Part shown: in pieces, positions 35,096-44,925 of the stretch
Numbering within the stretch: the first letter of the stretch is position 1
How the letters are laid out: every line of letters begins with the position of its first letter
From: Pseudomonadota bacterium
GTDB lineage: Bacteria; Myxococcota_A; Polyangia; JAAYKL01
DNA: 64,000 bases
Assembly: GCA_023229365.1 (NCBI GenBank)
Contig: JALNZK010000002.1
Location: 62,343 to 126,342, forward strand
Reading direction: 5' to 3'
Program-made: the position numbers and the translations under genes
The notes under the pieces: model-generated
What the model was told of the DNA's origin: nothing
Database searches by the model: none
What the model saw: the letters and a program-made list of their open reading frames with translations, nothing else

Positions 35096-35829
35096 TTTCC
35101 TAAACTTTCGCTTTGAAGACCACGAAGTATTTTGGGAATATTACCACTAGCCCCTTCCAACATTTTTTCCCACACGCTCACGTCCTCCAAAGAGAAGATA
35201 TGATAATGGTGAACAATTGGATTTTTCATTATTTGAGGTGAATACCCCAATCGGTTGGCATTAAAACTATAAATAAAAGAATGCCCAATCATAGGCAACT
35301 CATCGGGAAAACCACCACATGCTTTCCAGCAATCTCGGGTGGTAAGCATGCACCATTCAGGCACAAAATCCATTTTCTGCCCCTGTAGGTAATAAGATGC
35401 TTGGTCAATACCAACCAATCCTGAATTACGAGCCTGTGAAACACTCACCAATAAATCTATCCAACCAGGATTGAGAACAACAGTATCACAATGCAAGAAA
35501 ATTAAATATTTAGATGCTTTACTGGCCGCCTCGGCACCTCTATTCGCCGCCGATGACCAGTATAAATTTTTGTCATTTTTGACCAAGGTGACCTCATCCT
35601 TGATTTCTTCCAAAAAGTCCTGACTCTCCTTGCCAGAAGCATTGTCTACAACTACAATTTCATAATTATTGTTATTGCTGCAAATAGAAATAGACTGCAA
35701 ACAAATGTTTAAATGGGCTGGGCGGTCCTTATGAACAATTATGATGGATATTTGCTCGTCTGTGCCATCGTGCAGGTCCAGGGTGAGATCAGCGGGTGGT
35801 CCTTCTAAAGGATTGTGTGGAGAATTCAT
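35092..35829 (-). CDS. glycosyltransferase family 2
   Basis: ISIIIVHKDRPAHLNICLQSI...YEIVVVDNASG is the typical GT2 N-terminal fold. Confidence 0.55.
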   Translation of the reverse strand: MNSPHNPLEGPPADLTLDLHDGTDEQISIIIVHKDRPAHLNICLQSISICSNNNNYEIVVVDNASGKESQDFLEEIKDEVTLVKNDKNLYWSSAANRGAEAASKASKYLIFLHCDTVVLNPGWIDLLVSVSQARNSGLVGIDQASYYLQGQKMDFVPEWCMLTTRDCWKACGGFPDELPMIGHSFIYSFNANRLGYSPQIMKNPIVHHYHIFSLEDVSVWEKMLEGASGNIPKILRGLQSESLGK

Positions 35830-35879
35830 ATTTTTTCCTCTGTTAACTACTATAAGATAGTATTTAGAAGGAAAAAAAT

Positions 35880-36110
35880 ATGATAGTTTATGCAGTCATC
35901 ACAGTAGCCCGACAAATTGAGGGAGAAGTGACCTTTATCAAAACAGAAAAAGCTTTTAAACAAGCCAGCAAAGCTGATGAACTTGTAAAAAAGCTAAATT
36001 CTGATTTTAGAATAGGCGATAAATATAAACCAATGAAATTCAGCAGTGAATTTGGTGATGTAGAATGCTTCTGCACAGCGGGTGGGTTTGAAATCGAGGT
36101 GGAAGAATGA
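35880..36110 (+). CDS. hypothetical protein
   Basis: 76 aa ORF on the plus strand. Confidence 0.3.
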   Translation: MIVYAVITVARQIEGEVTFIKTEKAFKQASKADELVKKLNSDFRIGDKYKPMKFSSEFGDVECFCTAGGFEIEVEE

Positions 36111-36298
36111 AGACATATCAAGAGTGGCAAGACAAAGATTGTTGCCCTGTATGCAGCGAAAGGGCCAATGAACGTTGTCGTTGCATTGGCCCTCATACTG
36201 TAGAAGATTTAGAACGAGGCCACGGATTAAAATGCCCAAATGGACACCGTTGGTCTTATAGCACAGAAGATAAAAAACTCATTATATTAGCCGACTAG
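36107..36298 (+). CDS. zinc-finger small protein
   Basis: 63 aa with CCPVCSE...CRC...H and CPNGH. Confidence 0.3.
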   Translation: MKTYQEWQDKDCCPVCSERANERCRCIGPHTVEDLERGHGLKCPNGHRWSYSTEDKKLIILAD

Positions 36299-36972
36299 GC
36301 TCCGGTGCTACCAAAGCCACCACTTCCTCGTGCGGTTTCTTCCAAAGCGTCAACTACCAGCCAGTCAAAGAGATAAACAGGCTCTATTTCCATTTGAGCA
36401 ATTCGATCACCATGTTTCAAGGTAATTGGGTTGACATTACCTACATTTGTTACAATAACTTGTATACGACCCCTATAATCAGCATCTATACACCCCGGCG
36501 AATTAGTAACAATCAAGCCCTGCGTTGCCAAACCGCTTCTTGCTCTCACATTGGCCTTCCACCCTGGTTTTAGCTCCATAGAGAAGCCACAATCAATTTT
36601 AATGGTGTTTCGATGATTAAGTCTAATTTCACCCGCTGGGATATTGGCAACCAAATCAACGCAAGCTGCACCCTCTGTTTTGTATTGTGGAATGAACATA
36701 GGATCATCTACCACAATTTTAGTCACCACCTTATGCAATGGTGGCTCATAGAAATCTTTAGCTGGGCAGGGGACCGGCAAGGGGCTCGCCATCACCCGTT
36801 TCTTTTCCTTCGGGATATGGCAAGGGTTGGTATTGAACTCCTTCGCTTCCTGCATTACCAATTTCTGGCACTGGTCCTTCATCGATACATTCGACTCCTG
36901 GCAACTCGGCTGCAACTGATCCTTCGTTGGATTCTTGCATTGGCACTGACATTGACATTCTTTCTCGTTCAT
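36295..36972 (-). CDS. dut: dUTP diphosphatase (dUTPase) with N-terminal Cys/Gln-rich extension
   Basis: The C-terminal 150 aa carries the dUTPase motifs AACVDL, RSGLA, GLIVTNSPGCIDADYRG and QMEIEPV. The listed N-terminal 60-80 aa (CQCQCQC...) overlaps the upstream gene, so the true start may be MASPL at about 36792. Confidence 0.8.
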   Translation of the reverse strand: MNEKECQCQCQCKNPTKDQLQPSCQESNVSMKDQCQKLVMQEAKEFNTNPCHIPKEKKRVMASPLPVPCPAKDFYEPPLHKVVTKIVVDDPMFIPQYKTEGAACVDLVANIPAGEIRLNHRNTIKIDCGFSMELKPGWKANVRARSGLATQGLIVTNSPGCIDADYRGRIQVIVTNVGNVNPITLKHGDRIAQMEIEPVYLFDWLVVDALEETARGSGGFGSTGA

Positions 36973-37270
36973 CTTTTTCCTTTCTTAGTTTTTCTCTTTC
37001 CTCTCGAACTTTAATAACTTGCTGATTGATATTGTCAGCAAAATACTTCATAGCATTGTAAGGATATGCCGACGCCTTTTTTATCAATTCTCTCTTTGTG
37101 TATTCGTCGTAATTTTGCTCATTTATCCAATCAGTCAACATCTTGAAAGTAATTCTTTTTTCAAAACGTGGTCTAACTCGGCCCTTATTGTCTTTTCCAC
37201 TCCCTATGGCACCCACCTGAGCATTAAAAGCTTCTGGCATAATTATAGTTCCTTTTCTAAAACAAATCAA
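36758..37270 (-). CDS. hypothetical charged protein
   Basis: 170 aa ORF. It overlaps the annotated dut extension in another frame. Confidence 0.35.
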   Translation of the reverse strand: MICFRKGTIIMPEAFNAQVGAIGSGKDNKGRVRPRFEKRITFKMLTDWINEQNYDEYTKRELIKKASAYPYNAMKYFADNINQQVIKVREEREKLRKEKDERERMSMSVPMQESNEGSVAAELPGVECIDEGPVPEIGNAGSEGVQYQPLPYPEGKETGDGEPLAGPLPS

Positions 37271-37282
37271 TATATAATAGTG

Positions 37283-37756
37283 ATGAAAATATCATTTAGA
37301 CAATTTGTAGAACAGAACGTGCCGGGAACACATAACGACGGTCCTGGTGGGGCATTTAATCTAGGCACAGGTGGGGCATTTATTACAAGCGACCAATCAG
37401 GGAGCGAAACACAAAGCAATTTAACTCCCGTCCTGCCAGCCTATGAGTTAACCACTCAAGTAGTTCCCCACACTAAATTCACTGGTAAAATAGCACAAAT
37501 AAAAGAATACCAAGACCCATATAAAACCCAAGTTCAAATACGAGTGGAACAAAAAATTCAAAGAAAAACTGCTGATGGCAAACTGGTGAATGTTGTCAAA
37601 TCAGAAACTATTTTAATCAACACAGACCAATACCGCACAATGCAAATAATGAATGGTGGCAAAAAACCCAAAGAAGGTGATGTTGCTATAATCACATTAC
37701 TAAGATTGCCCAACGATCAAAAAAGCCAAGCTACTGTGATGGGAATGCGATATTGA
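37283..37756 (+). CDS. hypothetical protein
   Basis: Start reassigned to MKISFRQFVEQN, which is preceded by a TATATAAT box. It shares an N-terminal FRQFVE motif with ORF 33169..33690. Confidence 0.35.
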   Translation: MKISFRQFVEQNVPGTHNDGPGGAFNLGTGGAFITSDQSGSETQSNLTPVLPAYELTTQVVPHTKFTGKIAQIKEYQDPYKTQVQIRVEQKIQRKTADGKLVNVVKSETILINTDQYRTMQIMNGGKKPKEGDVAIITLLRLPNDQKSQATVMGMRY

Positions 37757-38732
37757 TATGTGCTTTTTCCCAACTAGCTAATTTTTGCACTATTTCATCA
37801 TATTCTTTGTCAGTTTGATCTGGGAATTTTGGTTCTAAAACTGCGTACATATCACCATGTTGTCTGGCTATTCCCATTCCACGTAGACGAAGCTTCTTGT
37901 TTGCCACAGTCCTGGGAGGGATCGTCATCTTGACTTCACCAGTAAGTGTAGGGACCACTATATCAGCACCCAAAACCAATTGAGTATATGTTACAGGCAC
38001 ATGGCAAAAAATATGGGGTCCGTGCCGAGTATAAAACGGATGTGATTGCACCGTGACTTTAATGTGCAAATCACCTTTTCTGCCATTTGAATCAACTTCT
38101 CCTGCATGTGGTACTTGCAACACACTTCTGTCTTCAATCCCCGAAGGAATATCAACAGATACGATATTCTCCTCTGTGCCTTTGTATCCGCTTCCTGAGC
38201 AAGCGTCACATTTTGTTTGGGCAACTTTGCCTTGCCCGCCACAAGCGGTGCATGTTGTATGTATAACAAATGGCCCTTGATGTGATGTTTGTCCACCAGA
38301 ACCATGACAAACATCACAGGTTTTCCACTCTTTGACGCCATCAGTACATTCTTTGCACTTAGCACGAACTTTTACAGGAATATCTTTTCTACAACCTAAT
38401 ATAGATTCCTGAAAAGTAAGAACTACCTCGACAACTATAGGATGTTGTCGGGAGCGACCCATTGGCCCTCGAAACATGTTGCCGAAAATGTCGCCACCAA
38501 AGTTGAAACCAAAGGGCGTCCCAATACCCGATCTTTGACGATCATATTGAGCCCTTTTTTGAGGATCGCCCAAGGTTTCAAAAGCTTTGGCAACTTCTTT
38601 AAATTGCTCAACCAATTCTGGCTTATTTGGGTTGATATCTGGGTGTGAAGCTACTGCTTTCTCTCGAAAGGCTTTGTTAATCTCTTCTTCGCTAGCATCT
38701 TTATTGACACCAAGAACATCATAATAATCCAT
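37731..38732 (-). CDS. dnaJ: chaperone DnaJ
   Basis: J-domain with HPD (MDYYDVLGV...ASHPDINP), four CxxCxGxG zinc-finger repeats and a C-terminal domain. Confidence 0.85.
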   Translation of the reverse strand: MDYYDVLGVNKDASEEEINKAFREKAVASHPDINPNKPELVEQFKEVAKAFETLGDPQKRAQYDRQRSGIGTPFGFNFGGDIFGNMFRGPMGRSRQHPIVVEVVLTFQESILGCRKDIPVKVRAKCKECTDGVKEWKTCDVCHGSGGQTSHQGPFVIHTTCTACGGQGKVAQTKCDACSGSGYKGTEENIVSVDIPSGIEDRSVLQVPHAGEVDSNGRKGDLHIKVTVQSHPFYTRHGPHIFCHVPVTYTQLVLGADIVVPTLTGEVKMTIPPRTVANKKLRLRGMGIARQHGDMYAVLEPKFPDQTDKEYDEIVQKLASWEKAHINIAFPSQ

Positions 38733-38740
38733 ACAATCGA

Positions 38741-39061
38741 TTATTCCTCTTCGGGAGCTTGTAACAATACAGCCCTGACGTTATGGGGTTCAATAATACC
38801 CATTTCTCGCACTTGGTCATCACTAACCTTTGGAACAGGATTATAGCTTCCCACCACCATTACACGATCACCCTTGTCATAACCCCATGTTTTGGGATCA
38901 AATGACGGCCCATAATCTAATACTATGGATTGTTGCACTTCATGCCCAGATGTTTTGCCACCGGGCAAAATCATGGTGGTGCCCAACATTTCATTGTCGG
39001 TAAGATGCTCTACAAGAACTTGCGAACCCACAGGTCTACAACCAATAATTTTCGGAACCAT
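38741..39061 (-). CDS. GroES/Gp31-like co-chaperonin
   Basis: 106 aa with a GroES-like pattern (RPVGSQVLVE...MILPGG...GDRVMV). It is adjacent to dnaJ. Confidence 0.5.
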   Translation of the reverse strand: MVPKIIGCRPVGSQVLVEHLTDNEMLGTTMILPGGKTSGHEVQQSIVLDYGPSFDPKTWGYDKGDRVMVVGSYNPVPKVSDDQVREMGIIEPHNVRAVLLQAPEEE

Positions 39062-39074
39062 TTGTTTTTCCTTT

Positions 39075-39437
39075 TTAGTTTGAGTCTTCTGGTGGTGGTG
39101 GTATATTTATGTCATTTGCCGTCCACATATCGAATGTAGACCAATTACTTGTACCAACCCACCCTTGTCCATTAACAAATAAAGAAGGCGATGTATAAGC
39201 CAATGGTTCTTTTTTTTCTTTGTATTTTGACAACAATTCTTGCACCACGGCTTCTTTCAAGTCACAATAACCCATCCATCCCCTGTCAAAAGCTGTTTCT
39301 AAAAGCTCTTTCAATTCTTCTGTTGTGATCTGGACCATAACTTTACCTATAATAGTATAAATTTCAAAATATCGAAATAAAATAACATTTTCCATCTCTT
39401 TCGCCCAATAAAACTGGGCAAATAGATTTGTCAGCAA
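39075..39437 (-). CDS. hypothetical protein
   Basis: 120 aa ORF. Confidence 0.35.
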   Translation of the reverse strand: MLTNLFAQFYWAKEMENVILFRYFEIYTIIGKVMVQITTEELKELLETAFDRGWMGYCDLKEAVVQELLSKYKEKKEPLAYTSPSLFVNGQGWVGTSNWSTFDMWTANDINIPPPPEDSN

Positions 39438-40302
39438 TGGATTCCGATAATTTTCCCGGCGTATCTATCTTAGGAGAGACGACAATATAATAATCAAAAA
39501 TAGGATTACCGGCTGCCTCTGGGAAGTTTTCTGTTATGCCAATAGCATTTTTGATTCTATCTGGTAAGTCTAAAAGATGGGCGGGATAAGCAGCAGGCAC
39601 ATAATTTGAAGATATAGAACACCCGTGCATTTTCCCCAAAATTAAAGCAATAAGCGTCATGGTAATTCTGCGAAATCCATAGTGTGTGTCACCAAAGGAT
39701 TCCTGAAAAACATCCAATGATTTTTTAATCTCTGCACACATGGACTCACAGCCCAAACGCTTGAAATGCTCGGCCTGTTTCTCAAATTTTTCTATTTCTG
39801 CCTTGTAAGCCATGTTGTGCCTCACATATAGGTCAAAATTAAGAGGGATATTATCGCTCCATTTCCTATAGGCATTAGTCAAATCAATGGCTTGCGTGCT
39901 TTTCACCAGTCGTGCAGCTTCTTTTTCTCCTCTTTGCAAAAGCCGGGCACACATCTTCATCAGTCTTATTTTGTCCTCTATATCCTTGATTTCCGGCTTG
40001 AGAACCCTAAAAAGCTCTTGATGCAAAAGAACATAGCCCCTTTTCCTAGCAAAGGTGGCTGCCTCTATTGCTTGTGTAATTTTGGCGACATGACAATAGC
40101 CAAGCACATCTTGAAGATCAGGATGTAACAGATTCAAGACGGGGCACAAGCCGTGTAAAAAAGAGCCAAGGTCACGCCCCAAAACTGCTTTTACATCTTC
40201 TACGTCTGTATCGCCAATAAATCTAAAGAATTCAGAATAAATTTTGCGAACTTCGCCCGTCTGAGCGAGAGCAGCATCTATTTCTTCTCGAATATCATTC
40301 AT
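39364..40302 (-). CDS. hypothetical protein
   Basis: 312 aa ORF. Confidence 0.4.
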   Translation of the reverse strand: MNDIREEIDAALAQTGEVRKIYSEFFRFIGDTDVEDVKAVLGRDLGSFLHGLCPVLNLLHPDLQDVLGYCHVAKITQAIEAATFARKRGYVLLHQELFRVLKPEIKDIEDKIRLMKMCARLLQRGEKEAARLVKSTQAIDLTNAYRKWSDNIPLNFDLYVRHNMAYKAEIEKFEKQAEHFKRLGCESMCAEIKKSLDVFQESFGDTHYGFRRITMTLIALILGKMHGCSISSNYVPAAYPAHLLDLPDRIKNAIGITENFPEAAGNPIFDYYIVVSPKIDTPGKLSESIADKSICPVLLGERDGKCYFISIF

Positions 40303-40303
40303 T

Positions 40304-40825
40304 TTATTTCTTCATGGGTTCAATAATACAACTCACCCCTTTTCCCTCTAATCGGGGAGTGCTCAGGGGTTTCCCACAAGAAACCAAAGAATCAATCATT
40401 TTCTGCATAAGGCTAAAACCCAGGTCTTTGTGAGCATTTTCTGCACCTTTGAATCTTACCATAAGTTGAACCCTATTTCCAGCCTCAAGGAATCTTTGTG
40501 CAGAATTTATCTTCACATCAAGATCATGAGTGGCTATAGAAGGCCGCAAACGTATTTCTTTAAGTTGCTGAGCCTTTGTTTGCGACTTACTCTTCTTTTC
40601 TTTAATGCTTTGCTCATAGCGAAATTTGCCATAATCCATTATTTTGCAAACTGGTGGTCGAGCATTTGGAGCCACTTCTACAAGGTCCAAACCTTCTCTC
40701 ACCGCAATTTCTAATGCCTGAGAAGTAGGCATTGTGCCCAATTTTTCTTCGCCTAAGATAACCATTACTGGCGAGAATCTGATTTGTCGATTAACACGAC
40801 AGAACTTTTGCTGATCTTTTTGCAT
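40304..40825 (-). CDS. infC: translation initiation factor IF-3
   Basis: Readily alignable with bacterial IF3: VMVILGEEKLG / LDLVEVAPNARPPVCKIMDYGKFRYE / KEIRLRPSIATHDLDVK / MVRFKGAENAH. Confidence 0.85.
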   Translation of the reverse strand: MQKDQQKFCRVNRQIRFSPVMVILGEEKLGTMPTSQALEIAVREGLDLVEVAPNARPPVCKIMDYGKFRYEQSIKEKKSKSQTKAQQLKEIRLRPSIATHDLDVKINSAQRFLEAGNRVQLMVRFKGAENAHKDLGFSLMQKMIDSLVSCGKPLSTPRLEGKGVSCIIEPMKK

Positions 40826-40828
40826 AAA

Positions 40829-42433
40829 CTATTTGCTTGTCTTTATACCCTTTCTCATTCTTTGTAAAACAGGCGACACATCATCACTATCAATTTTTAC
40901 ATTGATAACACACACAGACTCATTCACAAGGGCTGCACTCATAACAGAGTGTAGCGTTTGTTCATCTTCTACTAAAGCTCCCATACCTCCAGAAATTACA
41001 TCCACCATTTTTTCATAGTCCCATTCATGAATATCATAAAAAGGACCAGTAATTGAATTGCTTGCATAACCACCATTGTTTAACACACATACTATGGGGT
41101 TCAAACGACGAGCAACAATTGTGCTTAGTTCACTACAAGACATTTGAAAAGCCGCATCTCCCAAAATAACTATTGGACGCATCTTGGGAACGGCGGTTTG
41201 TAATCCTAGAGCGGCTGGTAGAGCGAAACCCATGCTTGGATAATATGCTGTTGCAAAGAATCCATGTTGATGGGTAATTAAATCACTTGCACCGAATAAT
41301 GAATCCCCCACATCGGATACAATAATAGAATTGGCATTCAAAATACTATTTATTTTTTCAAAAAACCTCGCCACAGTAATTTTAACACCACTGCGTGGTC
41401 GGAACTCTTTGTTGATTGGGGCTGCAATGACTGTGGCTAAGCCCTCCCGGCGAATTGAGGCTTTAAATAAAGCCCGGATAAAATCTTCAAAACCAACCTT
41501 ATCTGCATAGAAATGATTTTTAATACACAGTTCTGAAGAACACGTAACTGTGTGTTTATTAGCGGGCAAATTCTGGCAAGAAGATACGCCTAAAACCAAC
41601 AAACAATCAGATGTATCAATTGTTTCCTGAACTTTTGGATTGCTTCCTGCTCCTGCATAAACCCCAATCGCCAAGGGATGACTTTCATCAATTAGAGATT
41701 TGCTTAAAAGCGTGGTAACTACCGGAATGTTATATTTCTCGGCAAACTTCAAAAGAAGGGCACCCAAGCCATGACGATCTAATTGAATTCCGCCCAAAAT
41801 AACGGGCTTTTTAGCTTCATTCAACCAGTCTACCACTTCTGCCAACGCTTCTTCTAAAATCTCTTTATTACTTTCGGGAGCAGAGGGTGTGCCCTGTTTG
41901 TAAACATCATATACCAAAGTCTTATCAGCAATATCTTCTGCCAATTCAATGAATACTGGTTGTTTGTGATATTTTAATTTTTCCAACACAGAATCTATTT
42001 GATAGCCAGCAGTGCTAACATTATTCAATGTGGTGGAGGCACAGGTCAAATATTGAAACACTTTATTGTGATAGCTCTCCTGGCATTGGCCCTGTGATTT
42101 AGCCCCAGAAATAACAATAACAGGAGAATGCTCTGCTTTTGCACAAGCTATGGCATTTGCTATTTTCAAAGCTGACATTTGTGATACACAAACACATCCA
42201 ACACCACGAATACGAGCATAAGCATCGGCGGCAAACGCCGCATTTATTTCTTGTGTAGTATGAACTACTTCAACGTCTGATTTGGACAATTTTTTGAAAA
42301 AATTAGTAATATGGTCTCCAGGCAAGCCAAACACATGTTTTACGCCCGCATTTTCCATTCTTTCTACTAAAAAGTCTGACACACTCGACATGAAATATTC
42401 CTTACAACAAGATTTCTGAAGTTGGACTATCAA
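40829..42433 (-). CDS. thiamine-pyrophosphate-dependent enzyme (acetolactate synthase / pyruvate decarboxylase family)
   Basis: N-terminal TPP-pyrimidine-binding domain (GVKHVFGLPGDHITNFF) and the C-terminal GDAAFQM TPP-binding motif. Confidence 0.65.
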   Translation of the reverse strand: MIVQLQKSCCKEYFMSSVSDFLVERMENAGVKHVFGLPGDHITNFFKKLSKSDVEVVHTTQEINAAFAADAYARIRGVGCVCVSQMSALKIANAIACAKAEHSPVIVISGAKSQGQCQESYHNKVFQYLTCASTTLNNVSTAGYQIDSVLEKLKYHKQPVFIELAEDIADKTLVYDVYKQGTPSAPESNKEILEEALAEVVDWLNEAKKPVILGGIQLDRHGLGALLLKFAEKYNIPVVTTLLSKSLIDESHPLAIGVYAGAGSNPKVQETIDTSDCLLVLGVSSCQNLPANKHTVTCSSELCIKNHFYADKVGFEDFIRALFKASIRREGLATVIAAPINKEFRPRSGVKITVARFFEKINSILNANSIIVSDVGDSLFGASDLITHQHGFFATAYYPSMGFALPAALGLQTAVPKMRPIVILGDAAFQMSCSELSTIVARRLNPIVCVLNNGGYASNSITGPFYDIHEWDYEKMVDVISGGMGALVEDEQTLHSVMSAALVNESVCVINVKIDSDDVSPVLQRMRKGIKTSK

Positions 42434-43190
42434 TAATGCCTATCACAAAGCCTTCCGAAGATGTTGGAAATCGTCTTTCCCACTCTATCCCCTCGCCAGC
42501 AACACAACCAAAATCTGTTGGTGTATAGGTGCTTGGAGTAAAACTGGGTATTATCTCTGGTGCAAAAGTCAACTGAACTGAAGGTTCCGGCTCGGCCATT
42601 TTCAATAATCTGAATTCTAACAAAAAACACCCAGGAACACAAGTGTCGAGTGCGGAGAAATTATAAACCAAGTAAGAATCTATAAGTTGATCTGTGCTTG
42701 TGCTACCATCTACATTAAGAATGTCATCGTAAACTAATTCTATTTCACCGGGTGAATTCAAAATACGAAACGCTTTTAAAGTTTGTCCTTTTTTATACGA
42801 TGCTGGCAAAGTACCATGATAACCTCTCTGCACACGTATTAATTTGTTGGCTTCATCAAATCCCGTTACCAGCATTTGTTCGGGCAATCTTGTGCGATCT
42901 ACCACTATGATATCATTCTGCATAATTTGTTGAAAACCAACATCGTCAGCCAGCCTAAAATACTCATCTGTTTCGCTAATGCTGGTCTTTAATTTAACAT
43001 TACTCCACATGCTGGCTTCTACCACCAGTAACTCACTGGTAAGGTCCATAGGACCATCACAGTCAGAAACCGAGACTTTGAAGGCAGGTCGAGTATCATG
43101 ACGCTTGATGCAGAAATCAGAACTGCAAGTAGTGCCGCAATTGTTTTGGCTGTAGCCAGGAACGCCGAGTTGTGTGTTGCAAACTGTCAT
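42402..43190 (-). CDS. hypothetical protein
   Basis: 262 aa ORF. Confidence 0.4.
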   Translation of the reverse strand: MTVCNTQLGVPGYSQNNCGTTCSSDFCIKRHDTRPAFKVSVSDCDGPMDLTSELLVVEASMWSNVKLKTSISETDEYFRLADDVGFQQIMQNDIIVVDRTRLPEQMLVTGFDEANKLIRVQRGYHGTLPASYKKGQTLKAFRILNSPGEIELVYDDILNVDGSTSTDQLIDSYLVYNFSALDTCVPGCFLLEFRLLKMAEPEPSVQLTFAPEIIPSFTPSTYTPTDFGCVAGEGIEWERRFPTSSEGFVIGIIDSPTSEILL

Positions 43191-43215
43191 ATCCTATATA
43201 TGTTCACAAAAAACA

Positions 43216-43734
43216 TTAAAAAATTCCTATTCTATCCATGTCTGCAACCGCATCTTTCACACAGTTTAAGTTTCCAGAAAATTCTGTAAGCTGAATCCCG
43301 GCTTTCTTGGCAATTTCCTCTATTTTAGCTAATGCTTCAGCATTAACAGAAGAACCAGCATCTGCCCTGAAATTGAAATATATTATTTTGTCAATTCCAG
43401 CCGCTATAATTTCCAGCATACATCTGGGACAGGGAGGGGCCGTAATATAAATAGTTGCTTCTTTTAATGAACCAAAAGAGTGGTTAATAGCATTGATTTC
43501 CGAATGCACAATCATGTCGTATTTTTCTGGGCGGCTCCAATCCACTTCGTCATCTGCAATGCTTTGTGGTGGACCATTGTATCCCCAGCCCTTAGGACGA
43601 TTTTCATCACCCACAATTACTGATGCTACTTGTGTGTGTGGGTCTTTAGAAAACAATTGAGCAATACAAAATGCCAGCCCCATATAACGCTCGTCTCGGG
43701 TAGGTACTTCTCGTGGTGGTGTTCTTTTTTTCAT
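43216..43734 (-). CDS. dCMP deaminase (cytidine/deoxycytidylate deaminase zinc-binding)
   Basis: HSEINAIN (H-x-E) and PCPRC (PCxxC) zinc ligands. Confidence 0.75.
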   Translation of the reverse strand: MKKRTPPREVPTRDERYMGLAFCIAQLFSKDPHTQVASVIVGDENRPKGWGYNGPPQSIADDEVDWSRPEKYDMIVHSEINAINHSFGSLKEATIYITAPPCPRCMLEIIAAGIDKIIYFNFRADAGSSVNAEALAKIEEIAKKAGIQLTEFSGNLNCVKDAVADMDRIGIF

Positions 43735-44207
43735 TCTATTAATTGCACATATTGAAAAATGTGATCTTTGTAAACAGCTTTAAAAGCTTTTAATTTGTTG
43801 CTGGCATCTGGGCTTAAATTGCGTATCAACAATGCTTCCGGCAAAGGAACATACATTTGCCAAAAGTTATTATCTTTCATTCTCAACAAACAAGCGAGCG
43901 GCACATAAGACAGTGATAGAAAATCAACACATCTGACATAATAGCAATCATTTACATTATCGTAAACATACCCGCCCAAAGGGGAGCCACATTCGCATCT
44001 TATTTTTTGCAAAGCATTTCTTCCCAATTCCTTATGCAAAGCCAACACGATTACAAAAGTACGATCTTTAGTACGAGTAAGTTGCAGATTTGTCTTGATG
44101 GCTCTTGTGTCTTTTTCCGACAATAAAGCAGGAACATTTGTCATATTGTCTAGTGATTGTTCATGTGCAATATCTGATAAATCACTGTAGTTCATAATTT
44201 TCTCCAC
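43731..44207 (-). CDS. hypothetical protein
   Basis: 158 aa ORF. Confidence 0.35.
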   Translation of the reverse strand: MEKIMNYSDLSDIAHEQSLDNMTNVPALLSEKDTRAIKTNLQLTRTKDRTFVIVLALHKELGRNALQKIRCECGSPLGGYVYDNVNDCYYVRCVDFLSLSYVPLACLLRMKDNNFWQMYVPLPEALLIRNLSPDASNKLKAFKAVYKDHIFQYVQLIE

Positions 44208-44500
44208 TTATATTTGCCATTTTCTATATCAGCTAATGCATCTAAATCAAAATTTTTCTTGGCCACAGCGTGAGCGGCTTCAATTTTTTCCATTTTAACA
44301 CGCATTGCAAACATCCACCGCACACTGCACTTATGCCCTGTGTGCTCAGTAAAACGAAAATAATCGCCATAGAGAAGATAATATGATAAAAAACACTGCT
44401 GAACGGAGGTTCTGAAATACTTGAGCAAATAAAGTTTTTCTTTTGGAATAGCCACTTCTTTGTTGGCAATAAATTTTAGCTCAGCATCTGAATCTAACAT
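44192..44500 (-). CDS. hypothetical protein
   Basis: 102 aa ORF. Confidence 0.3.
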   Translation of the reverse strand: MLDSDAELKFIANKEVAIPKEKLYLLKYFRTSVQQCFLSYYLLYGDYFRFTEHTGHKCSVRWMFAMRVKMEKIEAAHAVAKKNFDLDALADIENGKYKWRKL

Positions 44501-44925
44501 ATTTGTATTCTATCAGAAGAGATATCATCTCTGCAAATAAATGTTTTTTGTTTTCCATTTGGATAAAATTTTGGGTGCAAATAAACAGTATTCCAATCAT
44601 ATTCTGGCTCTATATCCAACCCCGAACAATTTACCTTCAACAAAATACAATGCGAATGCACATGTATATCCATTGTGTCAACTATGTATTGCGGATCATC
44701 AGTTAAAAAAATGGGCTGCATTCCATAACGCTCTATATAATACCTTACATTTCCTAGTCCTTTGTGTCCTGTATTTATTCGTAATCCCTGCACAAGAATT
44801 GATGTCAGGTGTATTTTTTCAGCAAAGTGATATAAAATCATTATATCACTACCCCATAACACAGTTCCAGGTTTACCAATAAAATACCAGCCCTGAAACA
44901 TTTGGGAATGCCTAACTGACTGCAT
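44494..44925 (-). CDS. hypothetical protein
   Basis: 143 aa ORF. Confidence 0.35.
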   Translation of the reverse strand: MQSVRHSQMFQGWYFIGKPGTVLWGSDIMILYHFAEKIHLTSILVQGLRINTGHKGLGNVRYYIERYGMQPIFLTDDPQYIVDTMDIHVHSHCILLKVNCSGLDIEPEYDWNTVYLHPKFYPNGKQKTFICRDDISSDRIQIC

